A DNA stretch of 62,091 bases, filler included, from Globobulimina sp. (taxonomy: Eukaryota): NCBI GenBank assembly GCA_003354225.1. It is 28 parts of 28 records of this genome, joined end to end, with 100 filler letters (N's around TTAATTAATTAA, not from the genome) between each part and the next. Parts side by side here need not be neighbours in the genome. Positions count along the whole stretch, not along the records: positions 1 to 2,123 come from PIVH01008818.1; positions 2,224 to 4,346 come from PIVH01008819.1; positions 4,447 to 6,569 come from PIVH01008820.1; positions 6,670 to 8,792 come from PIVH01008821.1; positions 8,893 to 11,014 come from PIVH01008822.1; 23 more parts are not named here. One strand, given 5' to 3'. Under the pieces are notes generated by a model. The model made no database searches and was not told the DNA's origin. It saw only the letters and a list, made by a program, of their open reading frames with translations. Positions 1 through 11,114 of this stretch are shown here, piece by piece; the first letter of the stretch is position 1; each line of letters opens with the position of its first letter. The translations under genes and the position numbers were made by a program.

Positions 1-133
1 TTCTGAATGTTATGTACAAGAGAAACATTTCTGATAATCATTAGCTCTCATTTTCTGATTGAATTTGCATATTGACACTTAATTAGATGATAATATAATA
101 TTACAATGGATTGCCACCGTTGGATTTGGTATA

Positions 134-1084
134 ATGGCAATCATTTGGGTCATAATATTTGTTGGAGAGCCAACATGGAATACGGATCATGTACCATTGG
201 CCACCACCAATCTATCCCAATTAGTGGGTGTGATATTATTTAATTACGGATACATTGTAACGCTGCCTTCCTGGGCAAATGAGAAGAAATCCAATGTTTC
301 CACTACAAAAACATTAATTGTTTCACTTGGTTTCATGTTGGTTGTTTTTTATATTGTTGGTATATTTGGTGCCATGGCGTATGAACCGTATTATAATACA
401 GATGAAGATATATTCGGCGGCAAACTATCACTTACTGCTAAAATCACCGTGTATTTAGAACCAATTATTCAAAACGTTACGTCCATTCCTATATTTTCCA
501 TTGTGATTAGATATAATTTATTAGATGCACAATTCAGTAGATTCACTGCTAATTTCTGGTCCATTCTTTTTCCGTGGGCACTGTCCATACCATTGTATAA
601 TGGAAATGGATTTAATGATTTATGTAATTGGGCTGGAGTTATATTAGCAGCCTACGTTAATTTTATTATTCCGCCTTATTTATTTATTTGGGCCTATATG
701 GAAAATAAAACTGGAATGTATTTGAAACCAGCAACACATTCATCCGTTGATGTGCAAAAAAGTGGGAGTAAAAGGAAAAAGAAAATATATGTTGTTGATG
801 ATGATAAAAAGGTGACGGAGTGTGCACAGACACAGCATAATAATGAAAATGTTATGTATGGAAATAGGGCGGTTTTATTTAAAGGACAACAAGTGAAAGA
901 TAATAAAAATCAAGTGTACGCAGCATGGGCAACTTATATTATTATGTGGATTATATCATTGGTTGGCATATTTTTTACAGTATATGATCAATTTTGCGAC
1001 CCAAATACAGATATCACATTATGTCAAAGCACAAAGACTTCGGCTCCTACACCAGAACCTACACACTCACCAATTCATCATTAA
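134..1084 (+). CDS. Amino acid/auxin permease (Aa_trans) family transporter, 5'-partial
   Basis: Multiple TM helices; GVILFNYGYIVTLPSWANEK and SIPIFSIVIRYNL motifs typical of protist AAAP transporters. Confidence 0.75.
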   Translation: MAIIWVIIFVGEPTWNTDHVPLATTNLSQLVGVILFNYGYIVTLPSWANEKKSNVSTTKTLIVSLGFMLVVFYIVGIFGAMAYEPYYNTDEDIFGGKLSLTAKITVYLEPIIQNVTSIPIFSIVIRYNLLDAQFSRFTANFWSILFPWALSIPLYNGNGFNDLCNWAGVILAAYVNFIIPPYLFIWAYMENKTGMYLKPATHSSVDVQKSGSKRKKKIYVVDDDKKVTECAQTQHNNENVMYGNRAVLFKGQQVKDNKNQVYAAWATYIIMWIISLVGIFFTVYDQFCDPNTDITLCQSTKTSAPTPEPTHSPIHH

Positions 1085-1271
1085 ATTGATTTTTGTTGTA
1101 TATATTATTTTGTTCATTGATAGTTTCTGAATGATTCTGAATCTGTCTGAAAACGTTTTGCAAATGATTTCTGCGGATATGTCCGATTCATCAAGCAAAA
1201 GCATAGTACATCATACAAAATACTACATAAAAAATCGAAAACATACAATAAACAACACTCCACACAAACAA

Positions 1272-2123
1272 TTAACACCTTAGCTGTTGTCTCGCTATTT
1301 TACTTCGTAAATTTGGATGTAATGCAGAAACTTTAGTTGCATAGAGTACAGATATGAGCATTTGTATTAACCCAACAACTCCACATACCAATATATAAAC
1401 ATATTCAGTATATCCTTCAGTAATATATGAGAAACTCCCCATCATGCAATAGAACCATATGCCACATTTTGGCAATGCTGCACAAAGTAAGCAACACAGA
1501 GGAAAATAAGCTGCACATACAAGAACCTCAATAACAGCCAACATCGAAATTATGATTGGTATCACAGCGATACGTATTGTAATTAAGATTGGCATTCCCA
1601 GACTCATTAAAAATATTAGCACCGCTGAAGCAAGTGCATATTTCCCAAATCTTGAACATTCTGTGTATGTGGGTATATATAACTGAAATGTGCCACCATT
1701 CAATACACCCAATGATGTTAACCATAACATATTGTCGTCCAATACTTCATCTTTATAAACAAGTTGTTGTTCATTAATACTTATAAAAGTTTCTTGGGAT
1801 ATTTTAGTTTTCAATGCCAATACATTTGAAACATACATAAAATTTATTTCAATTGGAAATTTTTCATTTGTAACCATATTATGAACATTAACAAATATTT
1901 TATTATCATTCGATGCATATGGAACAGCTGTAAAATCTGTGTTTGGTCCAGTAAAATCTGTTTCTGGTACGACTGACAACTGAAATGTAGCACCCTTCAA
2001 CACCCTCAATGATGATATTAGCATATTATTGTCCAATAATTCATCTCTATAAAAAATTTGTTGTCTATTAAGATCAATTTTAGTTTTTGCTAATATTTTA
2101 ATTTTTAATATAAATACATTTGA
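1272..2123 (-). CDS. Tandem ubiquitin-like domains followed by about 4 TM helices, 5'-partial
   Basis: Frame open to the contig end; two copies of V..LK.KI.......QQ..Y.DE.LD.N......L.V..G.TFQL; hydrophobic C-terminus. Confidence 0.7.
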   Translation of the reverse strand, partial: SNVFILKIKILAKTKIDLNRQQIFYRDELLDNNMLISSLRVLKGATFQLSVVPETDFTGPNTDFTAVPYASNDNKIFVNVHNMVTNEKFPIEINFMYVSNVLALKTKISQETFISINEQQLVYKDEVLDDNMLWLTSLGVLNGGTFQLYIPTYTECSRFGKYALASAVLIFLMSLGMPILITIRIAVIPIIISMLAVIEVLVCAAYFPLCCLLCAALPKCGIWFYCMMGSFSYITEGYTEYVYILVCGVVGLIQMLISVLYATKVSALHPNLRSKIARQQLRC

Positions 2124-2223
2124 NNNNNNNNNNNNNNNNNNNNNNNNNNNNNNNNNNNNNNNNNNNNTTAATTAATTAANNNNNNNNNNNNNNNNNNNNN
2201 NNNNNNNNNNNNNNNNNNNNNNN
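2124..2223. other. Artificial contig spacer (44 N + TTAATTAATTAA + 44 N); first of 27 identical spacers recurring every ~2.22 kb
   Basis: Identical 100-nt linker with stops in all six frames; contigs between spacers shrink from 2123 to 2119 bp. Confidence 0.99.
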
Positions 2224-2801
2224 ATTATTATTATTAAAATGCGTAACAAATTTCTTATGATTATCTACTACAATTTTACATCGATTGTTTCGTATATTTT
2301 CTTTTCTTTTTTTTAATGTATTTCCGTTATTTTTATTATTATTATCATGATATCTGAGACCCGAATCAATTAAATGATAAAATATATTATGCATAATATC
2401 TAAATATTGGATAATAACAATTTGTTGTTCATCTTTAATGTCATGATATAATGCTATTCTTTTCCTATTATATTGACTTAATTCGTTTCTATTTCTATAA
2501 TTCCGAGAAAAAAACAAACATTTTTGTGGATTACATTTATTGGAATGGTTTAAATATTCTTTATCTTTATCAATATTCGTAATAATATAATCATAATCAG
2601 TTAAAAATGCGTTTATATTCGATGACTTATAATAATTACAAATCGCTGATTATCATTGGCCCATTTACTATATATTTTTAATAATCTTATTATACGTTTA
2701 TTATATGTTTGTTGTTTAATTTCTTTATTCACTTTCTTTTCAGTTTTGTGCTTATTACTTCTTTTTCTTCCTCTTCCACTTTGTGTCCTCTTTCGTGGCA
2801 T
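2224..2801 (-). pseudogene. Uncharacterised protein, apparent frameshift near 2645, 3'-partial
   Basis: ORF 2801-2613 and the frame reading SAICNYKSSNINAFLTDYDY...CNPQKCLFFSRNYR...YLDIMH overlap in different frames with no room for a normal-sized intron. Confidence 0.4.
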
Positions 2802-2870
2802 TGGACAGTTTACACTTTATTATATTATAAACTGCTTTGAGTTTTTGTCAACTTTGTGTAGGTCACGGCC

Positions 2871-4251
2871 ATGGGCAACGTTAGCAAGTCGGCAACAGCT
2901 AAGCCTTCCTCCATTGCGTCATGTACCCAATTAGTAACTGCTTATATTAAGCAGATCAATAAAACTCTTTTTGACGATCAATACATTATACCACAATCTA
3001 TTACAAATCTATGCATCACTTACTATCACCCACTCACAATTATGATTTGGTTGAATCATATTCCTGACCAATCAATCTCATTCGATCAAAAAAATACAAT
3101 ACTTGCCACAGATATAAACGACACAAACAAACATTGGAGCTGCACTTTACATGATTTGCAAGCAAATAATAACCCAAATCATCAAAGTGCATGGTGCTGG
3201 AATATGTATTGCAATGCAGTTTGTTTTGCCAAAAACGTTACTCATTGTTTACCGAAACAAATAACAGATTCCATTCTCAAATATTATATCCAGCACCAAA
3301 CCGCTAACAAATATTTGCATTATCCTTCAGTTGACAACTCACTGCGATGTAATCCGTATCATATCGTCTTCAAATCCGGCGGATTGGTCCATAATACACA
3401 AGCTACGGACAATTGCAATGCAATAATATTGAATGAGATTGAATTTCAAAGACCAGCCGGAAGCAGTTACGTATTAATTGTTTGTCAAAAAACGTTTTTA
3501 ATATATTGCACATTGTATACCCATAGAATTAGTTTGTTTTAACTGGGATTTGCCCAATTTACCGTTGCAAGTCTATGGAAATTGCTTTGTGTATTCGAAT
3601 GTTTATGGCTTACTCTCAATTGGTGGCATTGTGGATGGATTATATTTGTCTGCTTTTTATAATTTATCATTTGACACTGTTTCTGTAATTGACAATCAAT
3701 GGAAATGGAATGCATTGCCATCCATGCATTTTAATCGTTATTTGCCGTCATCGACAATGATAAATTACAATCAATTGATAGTTGTTGGTGGTTATAACGG
3801 AGCGCATAATTTTTTAACTTGTGTTGAAATGTTTGATTTTGATGCGAGAAAATGGAAATTATTAAGCAATATAAGATATGCACGGAATCAATGTGGGATA
3901 TTGTATGATGATAAAATAAATAAATTGTATATTGGTGGTGGACGCGCTGATTTATTTTGTGTGAGAAAAGAAATTGAATATTTAGATTTAGCTGCAAATA
4001 AATGGCTGCATGATATTCCAAATACAAATTATTCGCATAACACATATCCCCAAATATGGAAAGATTGCAATAATCCAAATATTTTATGCATTGCATCTGT
4101 TTATAACAATTGTATGGAATATATCGATTTGAGATTATATAATAAATCATGGAATATACTGTATGGCAATAAACAGCCAATCTCATTAAGTGCTAAATTT
4201 GGAATGAATAACAATGTAAATTTCAGCCAATATTGCAAACTGTGTATTTGA
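2871..4251 (+). CDS. Kelch-repeat protein with N-terminal helical motif; intron 3466..3526
   Basis: Kelch GG...W repeats (LIVVGGYNG...VEMFDFDARKW, LYIGGG); the GT-AG intron joins ORFs 2871 and 3550 in frame. Confidence 0.85.
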
Positions 4252-4805
4252 TGTGTTGTGTGATTTCAATTGCAATTAAACATTCACTGTATGTCAACCA
4301 CGTACTTTTGTTACAGTAAAAATATAATGGATAACTGCTTTGGATTNNNNNNNNNNNNNNNNNNNNNNNNNNNNNNNNNNNNNNNNNNNNTTAATTAATT
4401 AANNNNNNNNNNNNNNNNNNNNNNNNNNNNNNNNNNNNNNNNNNNNACACGTTTGTCCCACAACTAATATTCATTGATATTGCAACAGTTCAAATGCAAT
4501 AATGAGATTTTATGAAACCAAAAACAACAAGAAAATAAATTAAATAATAATTTATTAAGACTCAGATTAGAATCGTGCTGATTGAATTTTGTCCTACACA
4601 TCAAAAACAAGGAAAACTAGATTTTTGTGTAACTGATTTGCAAAATTTCATGTTTTGAATTTGAATGTTTCATTCACATATTCAGAACATTCACAATTAT
4701 GCTAATTTTTGAAATTCTATCACTGTGTATTTGAATATATAACAACGTAATTACAAAAAGAAAAAGCACATCACACTCCAGATTGGATAAACTTTTTGAA
4801 TGCAT

Positions 4806-5061
4806 TCATTCCGGATTGTGTCGCTTCCATTTTACCATATAATCTTCTCTATACTCACCAGTTTGTGGTTCAATAGTTTTATTATTAACCATTATAAATG
4901 CATGACCTTCATATTTTTGTGTTGTTTTATTTTTTCAATGGCTCTTAACATCGACAATACCAAAGTAGAATATTCCAAACATACTCCTTGTCCCATTTCA
5001 ATACATTCTTTTGGAAAATATGCACCTCTTTTGGAAAATATGCTGCCTGCTGGTTACCCAT
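4806..5061 (-). pseudogene. Transglutaminase-like cysteine protease remnant
   Basis: Manual translation gives YFPKECIEMGQGVCLEYSTLVLSMLRAI and, in a shifted frame, EGHAFIMVNNKTIEPQTG; a 20-bp-period duplication at 5007-5043 and a second frameshift disrupt it. Confidence 0.6.
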
Positions 5062-5155
5062 AGGATAAATTAAATATATTTACAGCTAGCGTTGAAGAAT
5101 ATTAATGGTGAGTTGAGATTATTAGCAAAAAACTTTACTCATCAAAACGTTTACA

Positions 5156-6449
5156 ATGGCAACCGAGTCTATCGAGACACCACCAAAAGAAGCAAAAAGT
5201 GTCGATGAATTGCTTGAATTAATAATTAATGAAAAAAAGCGCATTCGTCATCCATTATACCAGCCACAGTTATTGGGCGAAATGAAAACGAATGTAATGA
5301 AAATAAGTGGCACATTAAAGTATTCCATAGATAAAGCAGCCATGTTAGCACATGAAAATATTGATGGAATGAATGAATTATGCCCAGAGATCTCAAAATA
5401 CATTTCCATACTAACTATATCTGTAAAAATAATAAATTACAGCTTATGCGAATGCGCAGCAAACCAACTGATCATTGCATCATTAAAACTCTTCGATTCT
5501 ATTTGCAAATTGCTTTCATTCATACAACATTCAAACGACAATGGTGATGAGAAAAAGACAGATAATGATTCAAAGCCAATATTAATTGCAACAACATCCA
5601 CATTAACCACATTGGTTGGCGTAGTCTGGGCAAATTTGAAAACATTAAAGAAAGTGCCATTGGATAATATCACCTCGATCGGGCGTCAAATACTGATGAC
5701 ATTGACAGTTATTCGCGATGCAAAAAGGGAGATAAAGGAATCAATAAAAGAGATGGAAATGAATGAATGTATCATAACATTAAATCCGTGGAAGTACGAT
5801 TATTCCAAATTGGATTTGGAAGCACAACGAACAGAAAGCAAACAAGATGCATCTGATAATAAACAGGATAACAACGCGAATGATGCAGACAGTGATAGCG
5901 ATGTAATATTTGTCGGAATGGAAGAGAATGAATTGACGGAATTGGAGTCATTGCGCGTGTATCAGATTTATGAATGTATACTGTTTGTGGATGAAGTCAT
6001 AAATCATATCTATTTATTTATAATTAAACATTTTCAACAGAATATCAATGAGTTGGACAAACAGAAGAAATGGTTGACGAAATTGACGGAATGCATTGCT
6101 TTGTTGCCGCTCTATGTGGATGAGATAAGTTGTTGTATTTATGAGCCACAATTGTTGATTTCTGACGAGATTTGCAAGAATGTGTCCAATTTATTACATT
6201 TTTTATGGAAAATTGCGATTGAAATCGCTGAAGAATCGATACAATATAAAAAGAGAAAAATGGTTATTAAAAATAAAAAAAAGAAATCAAAATCAGCGGT
6301 GACTGGATATGAATGGAAGTGCAAATTTGTTGATTTGAATGTGAAAATTGGTGAAATGTTTGGTTTGTTGTCAATGGAAGCTATTGACGAATTTATTGAA
6401 AATGACTCCAATTACAATAAACAGAAAAATAAAAAGAAAAAAAAAAAAG

Positions 6450-6519
<70 letters not shown>

Positions 6520-6569
6520 AAAAAAAGGAAAAAAAAATAAAAAAGATAAAAAAGGAAAAAAAAAAAAAA
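5156..6569 (+). CDS. GCIP/cyclin D1-binding protein-like, 3' end unreliable
   Basis: GVVWANLKTLKKVPLDN...VIRDAKRE and VDEISCCIYEPQ resemble conserved GCIP blocks; the end runs into an A-rich tip. Confidence 0.65.
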
Positions 6570-7176
6570 NNNNNNNNNNNNNNNNNNNNNNNNNNNNNNN
6601 NNNNNNNNNNNNNTTAATTAATTAANNNNNNNNNNNNNNNNNNNNNNNNNNNNNNNNNNNNNNNNNNNNTCAAAAAAACAAAAAAATGATACAAAACTGA
6701 GCATGAGGCGGACCAGTTATGATTTCTAACTACATGCTCTAACACATACTAGTTGGAAATTATCAAACTGATCATCCGACTGAGGGCACCACAGTGTGGT
6801 GAATTTCATAAATTTCACCCAACTGTCAGTATAAAAAAAAAAAGATAGATAGAAATACAAAAACTTTTTTCAAACTCTTGAACGAGAGAGAGTTTCAAAA
6901 AACAAAATACAAAATCAAACACTAAAAAACTATCAACAAAGAATAATAATATCCACGTTTTGTTCGAAATTGAGGAAATAAGTTAGAATATTATTTATAT
7001 ATTGTTGAAAAACATAATAAGAATATATTATCTACACCGTTTAAAAAAAAACACAAAAAGAGGAAGGAAAAACAAAATTGTTGAAAACAACGAGATATTA
7101 AAACAACAAAAACGAACTTTAAAAACAAAAAATAAAGAAAATTATTAAAGAATATATATAAATAAAATAGAATAAT

Positions 7177-8792
7177 CTAAAATCGCCGACACCAATCAAA
7201 CAACGTACCATCTTTGTCCTGAATCAACGCCTCCTCCACACTCTCTTTCTGATAATGCTGGAAGTTGGACGCATCTTTTTTGTTTTTCACATTGGGCACA
7301 TACGGCGGCACAATTTCTTGCTTCTCCATTTTCTGCCAATCAAACTTATTAAACCACGCATGTTTCTTCACCCGTTGACAGCCAAACGGATACAAGCCAG
7401 AGCCCAATCTTTTAAACGGATGCTTCCGTAACAAGGACGAAATAATGTCAATGCCCGAACGCGATATTTTATTCGGTGTTGGGAAGCAAGGGGCCGCCGA
7501 TAATATCTTCTCATACATTTTCACATTGGCGTCATCTAAAAACGGCGGACGGCCCACAATCATCTCATAGATGAATATGCCCAATGTCCACCAATCCGTA
7601 GTGAAGGACTGATGCGCACATTGTATGACTTCCGGTGCGAGATATTCTGGCGTACCACATAAGGTACACGAATTATTGCGCACTTTACTAAAGCCATAGT
7701 CCACTAACTTGATGTAACCATTTTGTTTCACCAAAACATGTTCGGGCTTCAAGTCGCGGAAAATCACATTTAGAGAATGGATGTGCTCGAAGGCTAAGAT
7801 GACGTTTCCTGCGTAAAAACGCGCAGTTTTCTCTGGGAACTTCTTGTTGAATTTGAGCAAATAAAACAACTCGCCGCCTAATACAGCTTCTTGCAGTAAA
7901 TACACATTCAAGTCATCTGCAAAAGTCGCGTATAATTTGATACAAAAAGCACTGTCCAATTTGCATAAAATAGCTCGTTCGTTCTCAATTTGGGTCTGTT
8001 GGTTTGTATCAATGATGCGGTTTTTGCGCATTTTTTTCAAGGCGTAGGTGTTGTGCGTATGCTTATCTTCGACGAGGGAGATTTCGCCAAAAGTGCCCTT
8101 TCCAATCACTGCAATATGACACAAATCGCCATCGTTTATGCGGCAAATATTGTTAAATTTGTCGTGTTTTATGGCAGTATACATATTACAGTCGGTATTG
8201 CCATTCACTTTCATCATATGTATGGCGTTTAATATCTTTTTAAATTCCATCGCGTTCAATACATAGCAAATGACGTCCGTACTGGCAGTGATATAATAAT
8301 CAGAGGCCTTATTATTTATAATCCCATCTTCGCCGAAATAGGAACAGTGTGTATACTGTGCGAGTATTTTCTGCTTTTTCTTACGTTTCGTTTTTTTGAC
8401 ACAGGTTCCTTTGTACACAATGAAGAAATGTGTGGACTCGTCATTGGGTGTAATGATAGCGGCGCCCTGTCGGTATAAAATCGGTTTGATCGCTTCAGAT
8501 ATGTCCTCAATGTCTTGTATGTGCAACTTGCTGAACAACTGGATTTTGCGTAGAAATTTAACTTTTTTCTCGGATTTGGCGGCCTTTTTCGCAGTCAATC
8601 TCGCTCGGATTTTGGTGAATTCCTTGGCGTCTAACGCCCAGACAATAGAGTCTTGCTTTGCTTTTAGCGTCGCACTGCGCGGTCGAGAGTATAGCAACGA
8701 ACCTTCACCAAACGCGGATTTTTCCCCTGCAACCCCGACGATCTTTGCCCAGGCCAGAGCGCCTCGGCGTGTCCTGAAGCGCGCGGCGACCC
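7177..8792 (-). CDS. Cyclic-nucleotide-dependent (PKG-like) AGC kinase with at least 2 cNMP-binding domains, 5'-partial
   Basis: FGEGSLLYSRPRSAT phosphate-binding cassette, GKGTFG, YALKK, RDLKPE, CGTPEYLAPE, AGC tail PPYVP...DASNF. Confidence 0.92.
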
Positions 8793-8892
8793 NNNNNNNN
8801 NNNNNNNNNNNNNNNNNNNNNNNNNNNNNNNNNNNNTTAATTAATTAANNNNNNNNNNNNNNNNNNNNNNNNNNNNNNNNNNNNNNNNNNNN

Positions 8893-9625
8893 GTATATAT
8901 GCACCATCGGCTTCTTCAATTGGCTTTCTGGAGTTGTCTTCATTTTCATTTTCCAACTCGTTAACAATGTCTGCTACAGTTAATGGTTGTGTTTGTTGTG
9001 GAATAGTATCATAAATTTGAAGGAATGGATTATTTTGTTCAGTTTTATCATTGTCATCATCATTATTATTATCCAATTTATCCAAAACTAAATCACGATA
9101 AGGATTGCTTTTTAATATTTCAATTTTACGGATAATCACTGGAACATCAAAACCATACAACACTTGTTGTAACGAGTCTAAATTAAGTTTTTTTTCTCCT
9201 TCATAGCTAAATTTCATTGTAATTTGTTTTTTATCATGTTTGATAAAATAAGCAGGATAATATTCTGTGGTGCCTTCAAATAAAACATAATATGTCTCAC
9301 CAACATCCCATTTTACATTCGGTCTATATCCAACTAAGCAATCTTTACAAATAACCGGTGCAATTAAAATTAAATCTGACCATTTTTTGATTTGCTTTGC
9401 AGGATTGTTTTTTGTATAATGGTCAATATCGACCACCTCGACACTGTATATTGAATATAATGTTCAACATATATTTAACAAAGTAAATGATTGTCATAAC
9501 TTTTCTTTCGAAATTTTGTTGATAACTGCCAGGAGTATGGTACTTTGCTTCCACCGGTCATTACATCCTTTATACCCAATTAATCTCCCTTCATCAATCA
9601 CTGTTGGATCCAAAGAAACAGACAT
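8893..9625 (-). CDS. Uncharacterised protein with Tudor/SH3-like beta segments; intron 9444..9500; 3'-partial
   Basis: The GT-AG intron joins MSVSLDPT... to NVEVVDID in frame; VGETYYVLFEGTTEYYPAYFIK...ITMKF resembles a Tudor barrel. Confidence 0.55.
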
Positions 9626-10326
9626 ATTTATTCTGATCCATAAAAAAAAAAAATATTGATCATAAAAATAATACAACCATCAAACCGTTTCATTGTGTTT
9701 TAATGGTTGTATTTTTTATGTTTGTTAAAAAAGTTATGTATGGATACAACTGTTTCCGTATAATTTATTGGTTTACAAATATTATTTTATGCGATATTGT
9801 TTGAAATACATACAGATCATCACCGAGAAACAATATAATTTTGATGACAAATATCAATATATCAATATAATTTTGATGACAAAGCTGTAATCAACTTTCA
9901 TGTGTTCAATCTATGCATATTGTTTTGCAGCTTCATGTTCGTTGAAATATCGATTGCTGTCTAGAGAGTGCGCACTTTGTCATTAATAATATCGTTCTCT
10001 GTGTTCATCTGTATGCATTTTCCTCTTTACATAATGTACAGTAAAATATTTAGCGACAGTTGCAATGTGGTGTTATTTTGTTAACACATATACTGTTTGT
10101 TATTTTCGTATTGTTATTGTCATTTTATTTTTAATGTTTGTGCTATTATTTGCGATGTAGCTGACTCCCTTCACTTGTTAACCAATAAATTATCATCAAT
10201 TTTTTCATTCTGTTGATTTTTGATTTGGGAAACACTTGTTTTAATTTTATTTTGCTGACTGACATCATTTAAACAAACCACAAAAACTTTTCGAGCAAAC
10301 CATGTCATGGATGAAAAGTTACAGTT

Positions 10327-10550
10327 AATATGATTATTGTAATGGGATTTGATGGTTATTATACCATCACAAAGCAACAGGAACACGCAAATATGATTAT
10401 TACGATGGGATTTGATGGTTATTATACCATCACAAAGCAACAGGAACACGCAAATATGATTATTGTGATGGGATTTGATGGTTATTATACCATCACAAAT
10501 AACATAAAGACGCAAAATATGATTATTACGATGGGATTTGATGATTATTA
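10327..10550. repeat. 63-bp tandem repeat, about 3.5 copies
   Basis: Units start at 10327, 10390, 10453 and 10516 (aatatgattatt...gggatttgatggttattataccatcacaaa...). Confidence 0.97.
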
Positions 10551-11114
10551 AATCCAATTTATTTATTCAAACGGATTGTAAATTAATGTACAAATTAATT
10601 CAAATCAAGTCATTTAACTCATAAATAATGGTTCAATCAATTTATTTCTTTCAATATTCAAGCAATTAAACTAAAAATGCTAAGAATTTCATTATCAACA
10701 ATTATGAGATTACAAATTTCAATGCGAATTTGCGTACTTTGCATTGGATATATTTAAGCAATTTCGTGTGTTTTGTTTTGTTATTTTGTTTTGTTATTTT
10801 GTTTTTATTTTGTTTTATGTTTTGTTTTGTGTTTTGTGTTTTGCTTTGTTTTGTGTCTATTTATTGTGTTTGTTTCAAGCATAAAATTGCAAAAGTTCAA
10901 ATCTGATCACAACAATCAAACTTTAGTCAAAAGTTGTGTCTGCAGTGAAGTCTGATGTTTTTTTGTTTTTTTTTTTGCATTTATGTTGAATCATATTTGT
11001 CATCTGGTACCCTTNNNNNNNNNNNNNNNNNNNNNNNNNNNNNNNNNNNNNNNNNNNNTTAATTAATTAANNNNNNNNNNNNNNNNNNNNNNNNNNNNNN
11101 NNNNNNNNNNNNNN

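Noticed and set aside
6430-6569. Poly-lysine C-terminal tail
   Set aside because: Near-homopolymeric A run at a contig tip; likely a sequencing or assembly artefact
8740-8792. GC-rich N-terminal extension of the kinase (similar GC-rich tip at about 55395-55434)
   Set aside because: Abrupt compositional shift at contig ends that breaks the expected domain sequence; probably chimeric read tips
10327-10550. CRISPR array
   Set aside because: No unique spacers (units are near-identical end to end), no cas genes, eukaryotic context
10773-10955. Phe/Cys/Val-rich small membrane protein
   Set aside because: Translation of a TTTTG-type low-complexity tract
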